64,000 nt of DNA from Heterodontus francisci (taxonomy: Eukaryota). The position numbers and the translations under genes are program-made. Below are positions 62,331-64,000 of the stretch, in pieces. The stretch is from NCBI RefSeq assembly GCF_036365525.1, contig NC_090377.1, positions 127,253,594-127,317,593 of the forward strand. Reading direction: 5' to 3'. The first letter of the stretch is position 1. Each line of letters opens with the position of its first letter. The notes below the pieces were generated by a model that saw only the letters and a program-made list of their open reading frames with translations, had not been told where the DNA came from and did not search any database.

Positions 62331-62775
62331 TCACCACACAGTCAGGAAAAATGTCAGGGACCTTTTCCTGTAACTGCTCTGTCTCCCTGGCCTCTTCCGT
62401 CTCTCTAAAACCACTGGGAAAGCTACCAACTTTGCCCCCGCCAGATCATTACCCAGGAGCAGGTCGACCCCATCCACAGGTAAACTAGGGACAACTCCCA
62501 TGGTTGCCAGTCCTGAAACAAGGTCGCACTCCAGGTGCACCCAGTATAAAGGTATGGGCATATACTTTCCTCCAACACCGTTTACTAGCACTCTGGCATT
62601 CAATGCACTCTCTGGGGGGGAAGGTCATGCCTTTTCCCAGCAGAAGGGATTGTGTGGCTCCTGTATCCCTAAGAATGACTATGGGCTTCCTTGCCTCACT
62701 CGAGGGGTATGGGGTCATTTTTCCTCTGGACACAAAATCCTGGTAACTCTCAGGGATTTTGTTAAGTTTTCCCAC
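62331..62775 (-). pseudogene. Gypsy aspartic protease
   Basis: ILRDTGATQSLL and LPVDGVDLLLGNDLAG. Confidence 0.88.
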
Positions 62776-62795
62776 ACTCTCAGCGGTAGATTTAC

Positions 62796-63771
62796 CTCCC
62801 TTCCCCTGTCAGCATTCCGAAGGGATCGTTCCCTCCGTGACACCCTGGTTCAGTCCTCCACTACCCCCACCACTTCATCCCCTTCCCACGGCACCTTCCC
62901 CTGCAATCGCAGGAGGTATAATACCTGCCCATTTACCTCCTCTCTCCTCACTATCCCAGGCCCCAAACACTCCTTTCAGGTGAAGCAGCGATTTAGCGAT
63001 TTACTTGTACTTCTTTCAATGTAGTATACTGTATTCGCTGCTCACAATGTGGTCTCCTCTACACTGGGGAGACCAAACGCAGACTGAGTGACCACTTTGC
63101 GGAACACCTCTGCTCAGTCCGCAAGCAGGACCCCGAGCTTCCGGTTGCTTGCCATTTCAACACTACCCCCCCTGCTCTCATGCTCACATCTCTGTCTTGG
63201 GATTGCTGCAGTGTTCCAGTGAACATCAACGCAAGCTCGAGGAACAGCATCTCATTTACCGATTAGGCACACTACAGCCTGCCAGACTAAACACTGAGTT
63301 CAATAATTTCAGAGCATGACAGGCCCCCCATTTTACTTTTATTTTTCGTTATTTTTTTCCTTTTCCATTTTTAACATTTTTTTTGGTCTTTTTTTTTGTG
63401 TTTATTTTATTTTATTTCATCTTAGTTTGTTCAGTTTGCTTACCCACTTTCTTTTCATGTTTGTACTTGCGGCTGTTCAATTTTCAGTCCATTAACACCC
63501 TTTCTGTTCTAATGCTTTGTCTTTCAATACACCATTAACATATCTTTGCTCCATGGCCTTCTGGTCAGCTATCCTGTGACCTTGTCCTATCGACACCTTC
63601 TCCTTTGTTATCTCTTGCCCCACCCCCCCTTTACTTGCTTATAACCTTTTACATTTCTAATATTTGCCAGTTCTGAAGAAGGGTCACTGACCTGAAATGT
63701 TAACTCTGCTTCTCTCTCCACAGATGCCGCCAGACCTGCTGAGTGTTTCCAGCATTTCTTGTTTGTATTAT
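62796..63771 (+). mobile_element. 5'-truncated Penelope-like element (GIY-YIG endonuclease) nested in Gypsy
   Basis: GTFPCNRRRYNTC, VVYCIRCSQCGLLYTGETKRRL..FAEH and VACHFN. 11-bp TSD GGTAGATTTAC / GGTAGGTTTAC. Confidence 0.9.
63669..63705 (+). ncRNA. Minimal type I hammerhead ribozyme-like motif in the Penelope 3' end
   Basis: AGTT-CTGAAGA-AGGGTC/GACCT-GAAA-TGTT-AACT: core boxes, stem II and stem I pairing are visible. Confidence 0.6.
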
Positions 63772-64000
63772 GGTAGGTTTACATGGTTTTCCTGCCGCTG
63801 TTAAAGCCACAGCCTGGTCCGCTGTACTTTTCATCAGGGCCCCTTTTCCAGCACTCATCTAGTGTACCCTGACTAAACCTATGGGTTTTCCCCATAACTT
63901 CCAGCAGTCAGCTCAAAGGTGACCTGCCTTTTTACAACGGAAACATACAGTCTTTTGGGAGTCACTCCTGTTCTCAGCACCTTCCTTCTTGGCTTGAGGA

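Larger units (their letters stand above)
58756..64000 (-). mobile_element. Gmr1-like Gypsy LTR retrotransposon (gag-PR-IN-truncated RT), 5' end outside the window
   Basis: CCHC knuckle CFRCKKAGHL*ADC (~63900-63948), ILRDTGATQSLL protease, integrase, RT start, PPT GGTGGGGAGG (59795-59804) and 3' LTR. Confidence 0.92.

Overview
Repeat-dominated vertebrate genomic DNA with no intact host gene. The repeat set (HE1/V-type and Deu-type SINEs, CR1, L2, RTE, Penelope, Harbinger, Gypsy and Copia) points to a cartilaginous fish (inference). The window holds several degraded two-gene Harbinger transposons and related MITEs, four solo LTRs of one Gypsy family, a near full-length CR1, a full-length GalEa-like Copia element carrying nested LINEs, and at the right end a Gmr1-like Gypsy element (PR-IN-RT order). 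The standout signal lies inside that Gypsy pol gene. At 60026-60626 (minus strand) there is a 590-nt, intronless, circularly permuted copy of part of the host gene URI1. The downstream coding part comes first and is joined to the upstream part at what looks like a back-splice junction. The insert is bounded by an 11-nt direct repeat (AGGAAATTCAG) shared by the retroelement RT and URI1. This is the structure expected if reverse transcriptase switched onto a circular RNA, copied it once round and switched back. All family and gene identifications come from motif recognition and memory, not database searches.
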